A stretch of 64,000 bases of DNA from Candidatus Latescibacterota bacterium (GTDB taxonomy: Bacteria > Latescibacterota > UBA2968 > UBA8231). Positions 9,246 through 19,034 of this stretch are shown piece after piece. Under the pieces are notes generated by a model. It did not search any database. It was not told the origin of the DNA and was given only the letters and a program-made list of their open reading frames with translations. Positions within the stretch are counted from its first letter, which is position 1. Every line of letters starts with the position of its first letter. A program made the translations under genes and the position numbers. The stretch lies in NCBI GenBank assembly GCA_965203175.1, contig OZ241867.1, forward strand, positions 4,992,001 through 5,056,000. Direction: 5' to 3'.

Positions 9246-9368
9246 ACATGCCATCATCCTTTTGCTATTTTTCTGCTGGCGCGTTGACTGCACAACCAAT
9301 GGCTAGGATCAGCCGATAGCGATTAAAGTAACTAGACCCCAGCTACTCCCCATTCCTAATTCCCAATT

Positions 9369-10580
9369 CTAAAGCCCCCACGCCAGATCGACATCGCGCT
9401 GGTACGCGTCGATTTTGCCTTCCAGTACATCGGCAACCTGTACCACCTGACCAGACTGACCGGATTCATAGATGGCCTCGCTGACGGCCTTGCTGCTCAA
9501 GCCCTCCGCCGCGTCGATTTCCACCGGCCGCCCCTCGCTCAACGCGTCGATAAAATCCCACAACTCCAGCGTCACCCCGCCGGTGATCCCATACGGGAAG
9601 AGCGCGTCCTTTTCCTCCTCGCTCAGGGTCGCCAAATACATCTCTTGCAGCTCGGACATGCTGTGCGTGGTACCGTCGGCTAGCTGGCACTCGCCATTGG
9701 CCTGAAAGGCGGCCGGATGGAAGATGTCCGTGTCGATGATCGACCCCTTCTCGCCGCTCAGCGTCAGTTGGGTAAAGCCCTTGCCCGGCGCGCTGATGGT
9801 CCACGACCACGTGCCGATTAAGCCGCTCTTGAAGTTGAATATGCTGGTCCAAAAGTCCTCGGACGCGCTATTGACGATTTCCTCGCCTTGGCGATGGGGG
9901 CGCGGGTAGATCTGTTCAACTCGGGCGTACACGCTCTCGATCTCGCCAAACCAATAGCGCATGGTGTCAACCCAGTGCGCCCCGCTGTCCATGACCATGC
10001 CGCAGCCGCCTAACTTGCGATCGATGCGCCAGTGCCAATTGGGCACTTGGGCCGGATCGTTCCACCCCGCCTGCACGGCCCACCACATCTTCGGCGCACC
10101 CAACAAACCGTCGTTGAAAGCCCAGTGAATCGTGCGCTGCCCCAGGGCGCGGCGGCACTGCTCGGCCGTGGCGGCGACTCGCCCACAGCGCTGCGCCGTC
10201 TGCGCGATCTTCTTCGAGGCCCGCACCGTGACGCCAATTGGCTTTTCGACCAGCACGTTAACCCCGCCTTCTAGCAGTTCACAGGCCAGCACGTGATGCA
10301 AGCCGTGTGGGCTGCATATATCGGCCCCATCGAGCGCGTCTTCCCCGGCGAGCAATTCGGCCACGCTCGCATAAGCATTTACCTCCCAGCCAGCGAACCC
10401 ATTGATGCGCGCAGCAAAATCCTCGGCGCGCGCTAGCACCGCATCTACCGCCGCGACAATGCGGAACCGCGTCTCGCCTTTTTCCAACAGCTCTTCGTAT
10501 CCCCGCAAGTGCGCTCCGGCCATGCCGCCGCAACCCACCATCGCCAATCGGACGACCTCGCCCTTCTTAGTTTTGCCCAT
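9369..10580 (-). CDS. Gfo/Idh/MocA family oxidoreductase
   Basis: Motifs VGCGGMA, VLVEKPI and DSGAHWVD. ATG 10580 is preceded by GGAGG. Confidence 0.9.
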   Translation of the reverse strand: MGKTKKGEVVRLAMVGCGGMAGAHLRGYEELLEKGETRFRIVAAVDAVLARAEDFAARINGFAGWEVNAYASVAELLAGEDALDGADICSPHGLHHVLACELLEGGVNVLVEKPIGVTVRASKKIAQTAQRCGRVAATAEQCRRALGQRTIHWAFNDGLLGAPKMWWAVQAGWNDPAQVPNWHWRIDRKLGGCGMVMDSGAHWVDTMRYWFGEIESVYARVEQIYPRPHRQGEEIVNSASEDFWTSIFNFKSGLIGTWSWTISAPGKGFTQLTLSGEKGSIIDTDIFHPAAFQANGECQLADGTTHSMSELQEMYLATLSEEEKDALFPYGITGGVTLELWDFIDALSEGRPVEIDAAEGLSSKAVSEAIYESGQSGQVVQVADVLEGKIDAYQRDVDLAWGL

Positions 10581-10638
10581 TTCTACCTCCACAGGTTGTA
10601 TGTAGCCCTATTATATCGCAAAGGAATAAGTCACTCAA

Positions 10639-11490
10639 TCACCACCCCAGCACCTCCGTCAAAAACGCCTCCACCCCAGCCTCATACGTGGCTGCATCCT
10701 CGCTAAAGGCCGAGCTGTGGCCGCCCCGCAGCTTGGTAAACGCCTTGGGGTGACTAGCAGCCTCGTACAGCCGCTGGCCGTGTTTAAATACAATAAACAT
10801 GTCGTCGCGGCTGTGGCTTACTAGCACCGGGCATTGTACCTGCTTTAGGTACTCCAGCGTGGGATACTTATAGCGGGCGAGCAAGCCGACCGGAAAGATC
10901 GGATACAAATCTCGGCCCAACTCGGGTATGGAAGTAAAGGTCTCCTCCAAGAACAGAGCCGCCGGCGTCTTGTCCCGTGCCAGCCGCGCAGCGATTGGCC
11001 CACCCAGCGATCGACCGATAATCGCAATTTGATCTGGGGCTAGCCCGGCTTCTTGCACCAAGTAGTTCCAAGCCGCCTCGGCATCGCGGTGCGTACCTTC
11101 CTCAGAGGGCGTGCCTTCGCTTTGGCCATAGCCGCGATAATCAAACAGCAGAATCCCCAAGCCCAACCGGTGCGCGTCCTCGGCCACTCCGAGCAGATGC
11201 GAGATGTTGCCTGCATTGCCGTGGCAAAAAAGCACCGTGCCTCGCGCATCGGCTAGCGGCAAGTACCACCCGGTCAGCCGCACTCCGTCGCTGGCGACTA
11301 GCGCGACTTCTTCGTAGTGCATTCCAACCGCGGCCGGCGTGGTCTCGATTGCGGCCCCGGGCACGTAGACCAGCTTGCTCTGGAAGATGTAGAGCGCAAT
11401 CCCAGCCAAGACGTAGAGCACCCCAACCAGCAGCACAATTCCCAGCGCAAGGCGTCCTATGCTACAACCAATGAGTGGTATAAAGGACAT
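10639..11490 (-). CDS. Membrane-anchored alpha/beta hydrolase (ABHD13/17-like)
   Basis: N-terminal TM helix, HGNAGN, DYRGYGQSEG, the GRSLG nucleophile elbow, and D/H triad residues (HSRDD, GGH). Confidence 0.9.
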   Translation of the reverse strand: MSFIPLIGCSIGRLALGIVLLVGVLYVLAGIALYIFQSKLVYVPGAAIETTPAAVGMHYEEVALVASDGVRLTGWYLPLADARGTVLFCHGNAGNISHLLGVAEDAHRLGLGILLFDYRGYGQSEGTPSEEGTHRDAEAAWNYLVQEAGLAPDQIAIIGRSLGGPIAARLARDKTPAALFLEETFTSIPELGRDLYPIFPVGLLARYKYPTLEYLKQVQCPVLVSHSRDDMFIVFKHGQRLYEAASHPKAFTKLRGGHSSAFSEDAATYEAGVEAFLTEVLGW

Positions 11491-11569
11491 CAGTATCAGG
11501 TCCTCCGACTAAGTAGAAAGTGAAAAGTGCCCGTCCGCTCCCAATGGGACACTCGCCACTGGCGATTCA

Positions 11570-11578
11570 TGCTATAAT
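11570..11578 (+). promoter_or_regulatory. Putative extended -10 promoter for the 11654-16423 operon
   Basis: TGCTATAAT (TGn-TATAAT) in an AT-rich divergent intergenic region; a TTGACA also lies just downstream. Confidence 0.4.
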
Positions 11579-11653
11579 TAGAATTATTGACATACCTAAG
11601 ACAAAAAATGCTAATTTAGAACCTAAGTACCTATCCCACCCCGAAAGATCCCC

Positions 11654-14086
11654 ATGCCTATCGGCATCTCATTTGCCCTCACCCTTGGTTTTGCCACTGC
11701 TGCCCTCGCCCAAGACGAAGGCTACCCCGACGGGACGCTGGTCCCCGAAGTCGATCTGGGCTTGCAGCCGACTTCACTGATTGTGCCCGAGCCCTTCCGC
11801 GGTGCCATACCCCAAGACTTGGTGCTCAATCTCCCTCCTGGCTTCTCGGCCCACGTCTTCGCCCACGAGGGCCTGCGCAAACCCCGCTTTATGACCTTTG
11901 ACCCCAACGGCGTGTTGCACGTGGCCAACATGGGCGCTAGCCAGATCGTCGCCCTACCCGACCGCAATCGCGATGGCGTCGCTGACGAGCGCATCGTCTC
12001 TCTGCGCGGCCTCGCAGAAGCCCACAGCCTATTGTTCTACAAAGGCGCGCTCTATGTCGCCGAGGAACACCAAGTCATCCGCGTGCGCGACACCGATGGC
12101 GACCTAGTATATGAACAAGAAGAAGTCGTCCTGCCCGACGTTCCTTGGGAGGGTTGGCACGATACCCGCACCCTCGTCGTCGATCGCCTCAACGACAAAA
12201 TGTATCTGTCGGTCGGCTCGCCCTGCGACCTATGCCGCATGGACGAGGGCTTTCAGGCTGTCGGCAACACCAACAGCTCCGTGCCTCACCACCCCGAGCG
12301 CGGCACCATCTTGCAATTTAATCCCGACGGCAGCGGTCGCCGCATATTTGCCACTGGCATCCGCCACGTCATCGGCATGGACTTCCACCCGCAGACCAAT
12401 GCGCTGTGGGCCAATCACAACGGCCACGACCTCGAAGGCCGCACTCGTCCGCCTGAGTGGATTGACATCATCGGCGACCAAGACTTTATGGGCTATCCTT
12501 TGGTCCACAGCCACCAAGTCTGGAGCGACTTTACCATTGATGGCTACGAAAAAGTACTGCCCATCACCCGCCAAGACAGCCTCCTCGCCGCCACCCAAAA
12601 ACGCCCAGTGGCCTTGGTACCAGCTCACTACGCGCCGATGGGCCTTCACTTCTATACCGGCGACCTGTTTCCCCCCCGCTACCACAATGCCGCCTTCGTC
12701 GCCTTCCGCGCCGGCAAAGCCAAGCTCTCGTCGCACCCCGGCTACCTAGTGGCCGCCCTCTTTAGTCAACCCGATGGTAGCGACGCCCGCATGGGCAGCT
12801 TCATCACCGGCTTTCAAGCCGGACAGACGCAAGGCGATGTCTGGGGCTTTCCCGTCGGACTTGCCAGCGACGCCGAGGGCAGTCTATACGTCACCAGCGA
12901 CAACCGCAATCATCTCGTCATTAAGATCACCTATAGCCCCATCGGCGGCTCGTGGGAACACCAGATACCCGACACCCTGTCCATCGGCGACGCGCTCCAA
13001 GTCCACGCCACAGTGCGCGTCGAACGGCTCATCCCCGACGGCGGGCCACCTCGCCTAATCGCAGACCTAACTTCCTTGGGCGGCCCGGCAGCTCTGCCGC
13101 TAGTCGCCCTCGACGACCAGACCTACCAACTCGACACCCGCTTGGAGACCGCCGACCTGCCCAAGGGCTTCTACAAAGTAGTCGTGCGCCTCGAACAGGA
13201 GGTCGATGGCGTCTTCCAAGGCATCGACTTTATCCACCCAATCACCCTCCTGCCGCCGGACTTGTCCGTCTTCGACGAGAGCGTAGCTGCCGACTGGCAA
13301 TTGGTCGGCAACAGCGGTGCCCAAATGCAGGTCACAGGCGATGGTCCCATCTTCTACGGCACCCGCGCCGTCGCTGTCGCAGCGGAGCCCAAAAACTTCT
13401 ATACCCCGTGGACCATTGAATTCCGTCCGACTGCTCCTGTCGATCCCCTCGGTTTTGCTGGTGTGCGCTTCGCCTTCCACCCCGGCGACATCGAACTGCC
13501 CAACTTTCCCATATTCGCCCTCTTCATCGACGGTCTCGGCGTGGATTTGGCGCGCGACCCCGAACAGTTCTACCTCGACTTTGCACGCCGCGAATGGCAG
13601 GTCATAGAAATCCCCTTCACGACTTTCGATCAGCCCAACTACTACGGCCCCGGTCTTCTCGATCAAGTGGACTCGATTGACGCCCTCCGCTTCGGGGGCA
13701 ATATGACGGGCACCTTCTACTTAGACGATGTGCGCCTGGTGACGCGCATTCCGGCCGCGCCGCGCGTGCCGACGGCCATCTCAGAAGTATCCGGCACGGA
13801 CCAACCTGCCGCCTTCGTCCTCGCCCAAAACGTCCCCAACCCCTTCAACAGCAGCACCACCTTCCGCTTCGCACTGCCGCAGGCAGCCAACATCGAATTA
13901 GCCATTTACAACCTCGCTGGCCAAAAGGTCGCCCGCCTCGCACGCGGCTGGCACGCAGCCGGGCACTACACGGCCCACTGGGACGGGCGCAACGACGCTG
14001 GGATGCGCTTGGCTACTGGTGCTTACATTTATCGCCTGCGCGCTGGTGAGCAGGTCCAGGTGCGCAAGTTGCTCTTGTTGCGCTGA
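11654..14086 (+). CDS. Secreted PQQ-dependent sugar (sorbosone-type) dehydrogenase beta-propeller with CBM-like domain and T9SS/FlgD-like C-terminal domain
   Basis: Signal peptide. Propeller motifs YLSVGSPCD, FATGIRH, AHYAPMG and PVGLA...LYVTSD. CBM-like end FYLDDVRLV. C-terminal LAQNVPNPFN...WDGRNDAG...GAYIYRL...RKLLLLR. Confidence 0.8.
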   Translation: MPIGISFALTLGFATAALAQDEGYPDGTLVPEVDLGLQPTSLIVPEPFRGAIPQDLVLNLPPGFSAHVFAHEGLRKPRFMTFDPNGVLHVANMGASQIVALPDRNRDGVADERIVSLRGLAEAHSLLFYKGALYVAEEHQVIRVRDTDGDLVYEQEEVVLPDVPWEGWHDTRTLVVDRLNDKMYLSVGSPCDLCRMDEGFQAVGNTNSSVPHHPERGTILQFNPDGSGRRIFATGIRHVIGMDFHPQTNALWANHNGHDLEGRTRPPEWIDIIGDQDFMGYPLVHSHQVWSDFTIDGYEKVLPITRQDSLLAATQKRPVALVPAHYAPMGLHFYTGDLFPPRYHNAAFVAFRAGKAKLSSHPGYLVAALFSQPDGSDARMGSFITGFQAGQTQGDVWGFPVGLASDAEGSLYVTSDNRNHLVIKITYSPIGGSWEHQIPDTLSIGDALQVHATVRVERLIPDGGPPRLIADLTSLGGPAALPLVALDDQTYQLDTRLETADLPKGFYKVVVRLEQEVDGVFQGIDFIHPITLLPPDLSVFDESVAADWQLVGNSGAQMQVTGDGPIFYGTRAVAVAAEPKNFYTPWTIEFRPTAPVDPLGFAGVRFAFHPGDIELPNFPIFALFIDGLGVDLARDPEQFYLDFARREWQVIEIPFTTFDQPNYYGPGLLDQVDSIDALRFGGNMTGTFYLDDVRLVTRIPAAPRVPTAISEVSGTDQPAAFVLAQNVPNPFNSSTTFRFALPQAANIELAIYNLAGQKVARLARGWHAAGHYTAHWDGRNDAGMRLATGAYIYRLRAGEQVQVRKLLLLR

Positions 14087-14098
14087 GCGTCTAAACCC

Positions 14099-16423
14099 AT
14101 GTTCATCGTCCTTTTGTTGCTCTGCTTGGCCGCCGCTGCTGACGCCGACCAATTGCGCTTTAGTTCGGCGCGCCAGTGGAGCGATTGGCAACTGCCCCTC
14201 GGCGCAGTCGAGGTTGCACCCAATGGCTCGATCCAACCGGTGCGCATCCAAAAGGGTGTAGATGCCGTACTCGATGCCACAGCTTTAGGGGGAGGCATCC
14301 GCCGGGCCGGCTCCAATCCCAGAGCCGCGACCGCGCTCCTCGACGGCGATCCAGCGACCGGCTGGGCACCTAGCCCGGACGACGACCCGGACGACTGGTT
14401 CGTGGAAATCGACCTCGGCCGCAGCGTCTCGGCGCACAGCATCGCGCTCATCTTTGCCGACGACGCGCCCCCTTTTGAGCTATTCGACCTTTTGCTCTCC
14501 TCCGGCGAGCCGCAGCTCGACCAAGTCGCCAGTCCGATCGAAGGCTCCCTGATCTACCGCATTAAGGAACGCTTCAAAGAAAACGCGCGCCACCGCGTCA
14601 CATTCGCCCCGGGCGCTGCGCTCTACCTAACGCCGATCCGCTACCTGCAAATCCGCAACCTCAAGCACATCCCCAACGCCCAGCTCGTCGCCGTCGAGGT
14701 CGAGAGCATTGGTGACAATCTCACCCTCAACCTCATCGAGCGCGGCGGGGCTATCGACATAGTCATCGACCCCTTTGTCCGCGCCGAAGAAGTCACCTTG
14801 GGCAACGCGCTCAACCTAGTCGATGGCTCGATCTTTAATCGCTGGCGCAACGGGCGCGAGCCGCGCAACACCTACGATACTTGGAGCCACATCACCATCG
14901 ACTTAGGGGCCGTCTATCCAGTGGACTTCGTGCGCCTGATTACTGGCATAGCCATCCGCGGTGGCTTTGGCGAACACCTGCTGCGCACCCGGGCCGGAGC
15001 CAGCGGTCCGCGTTCATTCAGCTACAAAAACTACGAGATCCTCACTTCGGACGGCACCATCGCCCCCGACGGCACCCGCCGCTGGACGCGGCACTTTGCC
15101 GGGTTCCCCGACAGCGAAAACCACAGGGCTGGACTAGCCGACCACCAGTTCCCCACCTTGCCAGCCCGCTACGTCCGCATCGCTTGGCTAGTTTGGGACG
15201 CCGCCTGTGCCACAACCGTGCCCGACGCCGCCGCGAGCTGGGGCTGCCGAGCATCTGGCTCGGCCGAAGAGATCCAAGTGTACGGCGAAGGCTATCCCCT
15301 GGCGATCCGTCTCCGTTCGCCGCTCATCGACTTAGGCAACGGCAAGAATCTCAACTCGATTGAGTGGCAGGCCCAGACCCCCTTGGGCACTCACATCGAA
15401 ATCCGCTCGCGCACGGGCAACGAAGTAGTAGAGCAATACACTTTTCACGATAAAAACGGCAAAAAAGTAACTCAGAGGCGCTACGACAAACTGATCCCCA
15501 GTTTTAAGGGCAAAATCGACACCACGCGCATTCCCGGGGCGGACTGGAGCCCCTGGAGCAATATCTACAGCGCTTCGGGCGCGGCCTTCCAGTCGCCCTC
15601 GCCGCGCCGCTTTATGGAACTCGATGTGCGCTTGGTGTCCGACAGCCCGACGCAAGCTCCCCACTTCGACTGGCTGGCCGTCAACTTCAGCGACCCGCTG
15701 GCTTCTGAGGTCGTCGGCGAAGTGTTTCCCCTCCAAGTTGCGCCTGGCCAAGAGACCCTGTTTTCCTACTTCCTGCGACCCGCGATAACCCAAGACGGCT
15801 TCGACCAGATCGCAATTGAAGCCACCACAGCCCCCCGCTTTGACGCCGCCTTTATCGATGGCGAGTCCGTCGAAGTCACCACCGAGTCTCTCGCTCAGGG
15901 CTTCCGCGCCACCTTCCCGCGCCGCATCCGCAGTCGCCAACTCGTCGAACTGCGCTTCACTGCGCCGGTCTATGTACAAGCAACCCGCTTTGATGCCTTC
16001 CTCGAAGACAGCCAAAAGGCGCAGGTGCGGCAGCTTGTTGACCCAGGCGACGCCGCGCCGCAAGTCGAGAGCAGTTCCAACGTCGTGCGCCTGCCCGTAG
16101 CCGATCAGCTCTTTGCCGGCCTCTCGTTCAGCCCCGCGCTCATTACGCCCAACGGCGACGGGATCAACGATCAACTCCTCATCTCCTTCGACCTCATCAA
16201 CGTACTCTCCGCCCGCCCCTTGCACCTGCGGCTCTATGATCTGTCCGGCCGGCTGCTTTTTGCCCAAGAGCAGGACGGCCAAGCCGGCCACATCGCATGG
16301 CACTGGGACGGCCGCGACCAACGCGGCCAGCGCGTGCCGCCCGGCCTCTACATAGTCGAGTTGCACGTCGCTGGCGACGCCGGCGACCGCAGCGCACGAC
16401 GCATCGTGGCCGTGGCCTACTAA
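14099..16423 (+). CDS. Large secreted protein with discoidin-like domains and a TPNGDG/FlgD-like C-terminal domain (subtype II)
   Basis: Signal peptide. Motifs LLDGDP, IDLGR, RSRTGN, SPSPRRF, ITPNGDGIND and WDGRD...PPGLY; ends IVAVAY. Paralogous to 35365 and 58231. Confidence 0.8.
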   Translation: MFIVLLLLCLAAAADADQLRFSSARQWSDWQLPLGAVEVAPNGSIQPVRIQKGVDAVLDATALGGGIRRAGSNPRAATALLDGDPATGWAPSPDDDPDDWFVEIDLGRSVSAHSIALIFADDAPPFELFDLLLSSGEPQLDQVASPIEGSLIYRIKERFKENARHRVTFAPGAALYLTPIRYLQIRNLKHIPNAQLVAVEVESIGDNLTLNLIERGGAIDIVIDPFVRAEEVTLGNALNLVDGSIFNRWRNGREPRNTYDTWSHITIDLGAVYPVDFVRLITGIAIRGGFGEHLLRTRAGASGPRSFSYKNYEILTSDGTIAPDGTRRWTRHFAGFPDSENHRAGLADHQFPTLPARYVRIAWLVWDAACATTVPDAAASWGCRASGSAEEIQVYGEGYPLAIRLRSPLIDLGNGKNLNSIEWQAQTPLGTHIEIRSRTGNEVVEQYTFHDKNGKKVTQRRYDKLIPSFKGKIDTTRIPGADWSPWSNIYSASGAAFQSPSPRRFMELDVRLVSDSPTQAPHFDWLAVNFSDPLASEVVGEVFPLQVAPGQETLFSYFLRPAITQDGFDQIAIEATTAPRFDAAFIDGESVEVTTESLAQGFRATFPRRIRSRQLVELRFTAPVYVQATRFDAFLEDSQKAQVRQLVDPGDAAPQVESSSNVVRLPVADQLFAGLSFSPALITPNGDGINDQLLISFDLINVLSARPLHLRLYDLSGRLLFAQEQDGQAGHIAWHWDGRDQRGQRVPPGLYIVELHVAGDAGDRSARRIVAVAY

Positions 16424-16545
16424 AATGATTTAGGACTGCTATATCCCTATGTTGCCAATGGCGTCGAGAAGGCGAGCCTAGGTCCGTGCGGCTGATATCC
16501 CTTGATGGTTATGCTTTTTGTCGAGGAGTGCGCAAAGTCAACGGC

Positions 16546-17112
16546 TCACCCCCACACCAAGAACGCAGCCAACAGCGCAATCCACACCGCTTCGAGGAAA
16601 TGCCAGTACGCGGCGCAGGCCCGCACGGAGAACAAATGCTCGCTGTCGAGCCGATCCACGCGCGCCTTCCACGCCAGCATCGACAACGGCACCATCCCGC
16701 CCACCACGTGCAATGCGTGAACCACAACCAGCGCGAACGCAATGCCATAGACACTCACCTCCAGCGCCCTATGGCGATCGAGTAGCTGCACTAGCGCCGG
16801 CACTTGCACGGCGATAAACAACGCGCTCGTCACCCATGCCCACGCCAACCACCGCCGCAGAAGCGGGAAGTGCCCGCGCTTGGCGTTCTGCGTCGCCTTG
16901 TACATCGCCACCCCAGCGCCCAACAGCACTGCCGTCGAAACGCCAAGCGCCAGCGGCAGTTCAATGCGCTCGCTCCCCTGCAGCGCTGGGCTGGTCAGCC
17001 GCAGGTAGGCAAAAGCCGCAATGCTGGCCCCAAAGAGCATGCCCAGCGAGATCAAAAACAGGGCCAAGCCCAACTGGCGACGCCCCCGCAGATCGGGTGA
17101 GTTCCAGCTCAT
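16546..17112 (-). CDS. Heme-copper oxidase subunit III-like membrane protein (orphan)
   Basis: Five TM helices with LGLALFLISLGMLFG, HALHVVGG and AYWHFLEAVW. ATGA overlap with the upstream gene. Confidence 0.8.
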   Translation of the reverse strand: MSWNSPDLRGRRQLGLALFLISLGMLFGASIAAFAYLRLTSPALQGSERIELPLALGVSTAVLLGAGVAMYKATQNAKRGHFPLLRRWLAWAWVTSALFIAVQVPALVQLLDRHRALEVSVYGIAFALVVVHALHVVGGMVPLSMLAWKARVDRLDSEHLFSVRACAAYWHFLEAVWIALLAAFLVWG

Positions 17113-17900
17113 CCCCAGCGATACTCAGGCGGGTCGAAGACGAATCCGTGGAAAAAGCGCCGCTGCGCCGGCGAAAGCTCCTGCAAAAAGGCCTGGTCGT
17201 AGCGCCACTGCTCGGCACACGCCAGCATCCACGGATGTTCGTACCCATAGTACAGCATCACCCGCTTGCCCCCGCTGCGCGTAAAGGGACCAGCCGTATG
17301 CCACATCGCGTTGTGGAAGAGCACCGCCGTCCCCGGGCCGCCACATATCTGCACGGCTCCGGGCATACCATTCCCCGTGTCAGGCTCTAGCAGCGCCTTG
17401 TGGCTGCCGGGCACCAAGGTCAGGTTGCCTTGATCGGGCGCGCTCATGTCGCTCAGGTAGTACCCGACCTTGAACTGCAACAGCGGGATGTGCGGCTTGA
17501 GGTTGCGGAAACCATCCTGAATGCCATCGATGTGCCAGCCCTGACCGTGGTAGTCGGCGGGTTCGACCTCGTAGAAGGCGTCCGTCGAGTGCAGGTGCGG
17601 CATCTCGTTAAACAGACCGTGGACGTAGGCCATCATCGGCTCGTAGTCGAGCATTTCCAAAAAGAGGGGATCCTCGGCTAGCAGGTGCATGACTCGCACG
17701 TTGGCCGCGTCGAGCCGATCGGCAAAAGCTGGCTCGTGCGCGCGCTTGAACTGGGAGTCACGCCGACGCTCAATGGTGCGCTCCAGTGCCGCATAGAGGT
17801 CCGCAACCCGATCCGGCACGAGGAAATCTTCCAGCACCAAGTAGCCGTTGTTGTCGAAGAAGAAACGCTCGGCGTCTGTGGGATGGTCGGTCATAATCAA
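17109..17900 (-). CDS. Phytanoyl-CoA dioxygenase (PhyH) family protein
   Basis: Motifs FFDNNGYLV, WHID (HxD), LVPGSH and LFHNAMWH. The start could be ATG 17894. Confidence 0.9.
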   Translation of the reverse strand: MIMTDHPTDAERFFFDNNGYLVLEDFLVPDRVADLYAALERTIERRRDSQFKRAHEPAFADRLDAANVRVMHLLAEDPLFLEMLDYEPMMAYVHGLFNEMPHLHSTDAFYEVEPADYHGQGWHIDGIQDGFRNLKPHIPLLQFKVGYYLSDMSAPDQGNLTLVPGSHKALLEPDTGNGMPGAVQICGGPGTAVLFHNAMWHTAGPFTRSGGKRVMLYYGYEHPWMLACAEQWRYDQAFLQELSPAQRRFFHGFVFDPPEYRWG

Positions 17901-17907
17901 ATCCTTC

Positions 17908-18846
17908 CTAGGGAGTCCACTCTTCCATCATCTCGGCGTACTGGCGCGCTTGATCGGAGATATCCACGCCGACTTCTTCAGACCACGCCGCGAGCAACTG
18001 GCTATACACCGGCCCCACTTGGCCATCGCCCACCGCCTGAAAATTAAAGCGCGTGATTGGCACCATGCAGATCGTGGTGCTGGTAAACCACGCCTCATCG
18101 GCTTCGCGTACATCGTAAGGCTCGATGTCGGCTTCGCACAGGGGAAGGCCGAGTTTACAGGCCAGCTCCATACACGCGCCGCGCGACACGCCGCGCAGGA
18201 CATTGTGTCCTTTGGGCGTTATTACTTGGCCGTCGCGGACCATGAAGAAGTTGTTGCCCGTTCCCTCGGTGATAAAGCCGTGCTCGTCAGTCAGCAGCGC
18301 CTGGGCACCAGCTTCCATCTGCGCGGCCTGCAACTCGGCGATCTTGTAGAAGATGCGGCTGCGGTTTTTGGCCTTGGGATCGATGTAGCGCGAAGGCACC
18401 GACTGTTGGGGCGGGACGACGAAGTGCGCCCCCTCCTGATAGAGATGCGCCATCCCGCCGATGTGCCGCACCAGTGGGAAGACGTTGATGGTGACAATGG
18501 GGGCCGTGCCCTCCTTGACGATGGTATTGTACAGCGGCAGGGCACCGCGCGTGACGTCGTGCATGATCTGGAAGTCCAGCGCGCCGATTGCGGGCAGGTT
18601 GCGGGCAATGGTCTCGTGGGTCGCCTCTTCCATCGCGTCGATGTCCATCCCGCAGTCGATCTGCGCGTATTTGAGCGAGCCGTAGAGCCGCTCCAGATGC
18701 TCGCGCAGTCGGAAGGGCTTTTGCCCAAAGCTCCGCGTCATCTCAAAAACCATGTCCCCATACATCAGGGCGCAGTCGAAAATCGAGATCCGCGCCTCCG
18801 GCTCGGGGACGAACTCGCCGTTGAAATAAACCAGTCGTTTGGCCAT
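17908..18846 (-). CDS. Class IV PLP aminotransferase (branched-chain/D-amino acid type)
   Basis: Motifs YGDMVFE, FRLREHLERL, AKNRSR (PLP lysine), ITEGTGNNFF and LRGVSR. Confidence 0.9.
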   Translation of the reverse strand: MAKRLVYFNGEFVPEPEARISIFDCALMYGDMVFEMTRSFGQKPFRLREHLERLYGSLKYAQIDCGMDIDAMEEATHETIARNLPAIGALDFQIMHDVTRGALPLYNTIVKEGTAPIVTINVFPLVRHIGGMAHLYQEGAHFVVPPQQSVPSRYIDPKAKNRSRIFYKIAELQAAQMEAGAQALLTDEHGFITEGTGNNFFMVRDGQVITPKGHNVLRGVSRGACMELACKLGLPLCEADIEPYDVREADEAWFTSTTICMVPITRFNFQAVGDGQVGPVYSQLLAAWSEEVGVDISDQARQYAEMMEEWTP

Positions 18847-18903
18847 AGCTGCCTCCCTGTGATATGAGCGGTCAATCCGCTACCACCCTCCAGCCGTAAA
18901 GAA

Positions 18904-18947
18904 AGGCCAGATAGCCCTTGCCCGAAAGGTCAAAGACTATCTGGCCT
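18904..18947 (-). terminator. Intrinsic terminator-like hairpin downstream of the ECF sigma gene
   Basis: aggccagatag...ctatctggcct stem with a TTCG-containing loop, followed by TTCTTT on the minus strand. Confidence 0.65.
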
Positions 18948-19034
18948 AAAACGATCTGGTATAATTTGAAATTTGAATATTAAATGGCCGCGCCGGAGAC
19001 AGCGCTTTTCGCTGGAGCCGACCTCAATACCCCG

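Noticed and set aside
18901-18950. c-di-GMP-I riboswitch (GAAA loop, CAAAG, GGCCTAAA)
   Set aside because: The GGCAAA P1/P2 core is missing, and the sequence is fully explained as a single terminator hairpin on the other strand.
18966-19000. Minus-strand ...ctccggcgcggcca followed by a terminator as a tRNA/tmRNA 3' fragment (att site)
   Set aside because: There is no TTCRA T-loop, and the spacing does not fit a T-stem plus acceptor stem.
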